NCBI RefSeq assembly: GCF_001194135.2
Contig: NC_068983.1
Span: 142,595,052 to 142,630,567 of the forward strand
Direction: 5' to 3'
Origin: Octopus bimaculoides
Lineage: Eukaryota
Length of the DNA stretch: 35,516 bases
In this document: positions 34,778-35,516 of the stretch, piece after piece
Layout: every line of letters starts with the position of its first letter
Numbering within the stretch: the stretch's first letter is position 1
Made by a program: the position numbers and the translations under genes
Notes under the pieces: model-generated
Database searches by the model: none
Seen by the model: the letters and a program-made list of their open reading frames with translations, nothing else
Told to the model about the DNA's origin: nothing

Positions 34778-35308
34778 CCCTTTGCGAGTCGGCGGTGTCC
34801 CTTGCGACCCCGGCAAATTTTAAAAGTTATGCAACTTTTACATTTTTTATTTAAATTATTTTATATCTCATGACTTTTATTGTCAATAGTTTATGCATGC
34901 GTATACAAATTTTGAGTTTAAGATTTCCTGTCATATGGATGTTATAGCATAAAATATGGTCATTAGGTTCAACTGGACTCCATCGGCCTTCTGTGAAATT
35001 ATTTTTGTCTGTTCTTTTTTCAGATATTCTGATGAAATATAAGTCAATTTTCTTCGTATTTGTACTGGTATGAATCGATATAATTTTTTCTTTTATTCTT
35101 TTTGTTTTATTTTATATTTAGTGCTATGTGTATAGTTTATAAAACTATAAAAAGAAGTGCTAAATTTATTGTTCTCTATAATGCACTCACATATATATAT
35201 ATACAAGATTAAACAAATATTACTTTATGGATAGTGCGGAAATGCACAAAAATAAAAGGGGACTCCTATGGCCTTTGTGTAATTCCAACCCCACCGGCCC
35301 ACGAAGGG
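34778..35308. mobile_element. piggyBac-family MITE (531 bp) with TTAA target-site duplication
   Basis: TTAA(34774-77)|CCCTTtgcgagtcggcgg ... ccaccggcccacgAAGGG|TTAA(35309-12). The TIRs differ mainly by transitions. Confidence 0.88.
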
Positions 35309-35320
35309 TTAACTCAATTA

Positions 35321-35516
35321 TCTATATATATAAAAATGAGAATGTGTGTCTGTCTGTCTGTCTGTCTGTCTGTGTGCTTCCCTAAAACTCGAGAACTACA
35401 CAACCAATTTCATTCAAATTTTACACATGTCTTACTTAGGGTTCCGGTTGTGTTTTAGTCAAAAAAATTTTTTAACTTCTTGCATAGTTCGAGCCCACAG
35501 CAACATCATATCTCCT
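35321..35516 (+). mobile_element. Non-autonomous Helitron-like element 5' end (runs off the window)
   Basis: A|TCTATATATATAAAAATG start, followed by a (TGTC)n tract and ccaatttcattcaaattttacac. This architecture is typical of animal non-autonomous Helitrons. The 3' hairpin/CTRR end is not visible. Confidence 0.6.

Overview
AT-rich, repeat-saturated animal genomic DNA from a draft scaffold with 9 N-gaps. No intact protein-coding gene is recognisable. The SINE families and dense (TA)n/(CA)n/(GA)n microsatellites look cephalopod, probably Octopus (inference from recalled repeat sequences, no search run). Almost all supplied ORFs are microsatellite or gap artefacts. Supported content: at least four tRNA-derived SINE families, two decayed Penelope-like (PLE) GIY-YIG endonuclease fragments, a decayed hAT transposase with a nested SINE, three Tigger/pogo remnants, a Tc1/pogo-type MITE, a TTAA-flanked piggyBac MITE and a Helitron-like 5' end. 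The most notable unannotated signal is a dense set of about 10 type-I hammerhead ribozyme motifs of different sequence, some intact and some degenerate. Several have a palindromic or near-palindromic stem III, a GUA cleavage triplet and an unusually long, structured stem II insert. Two face each other inside a ~490-bp inverted repeat (3348-3840), and one (17092-17221, minus) has every core nucleotide intact. Two weak candidate host exons lie on the minus strand. All structures were read by eye.
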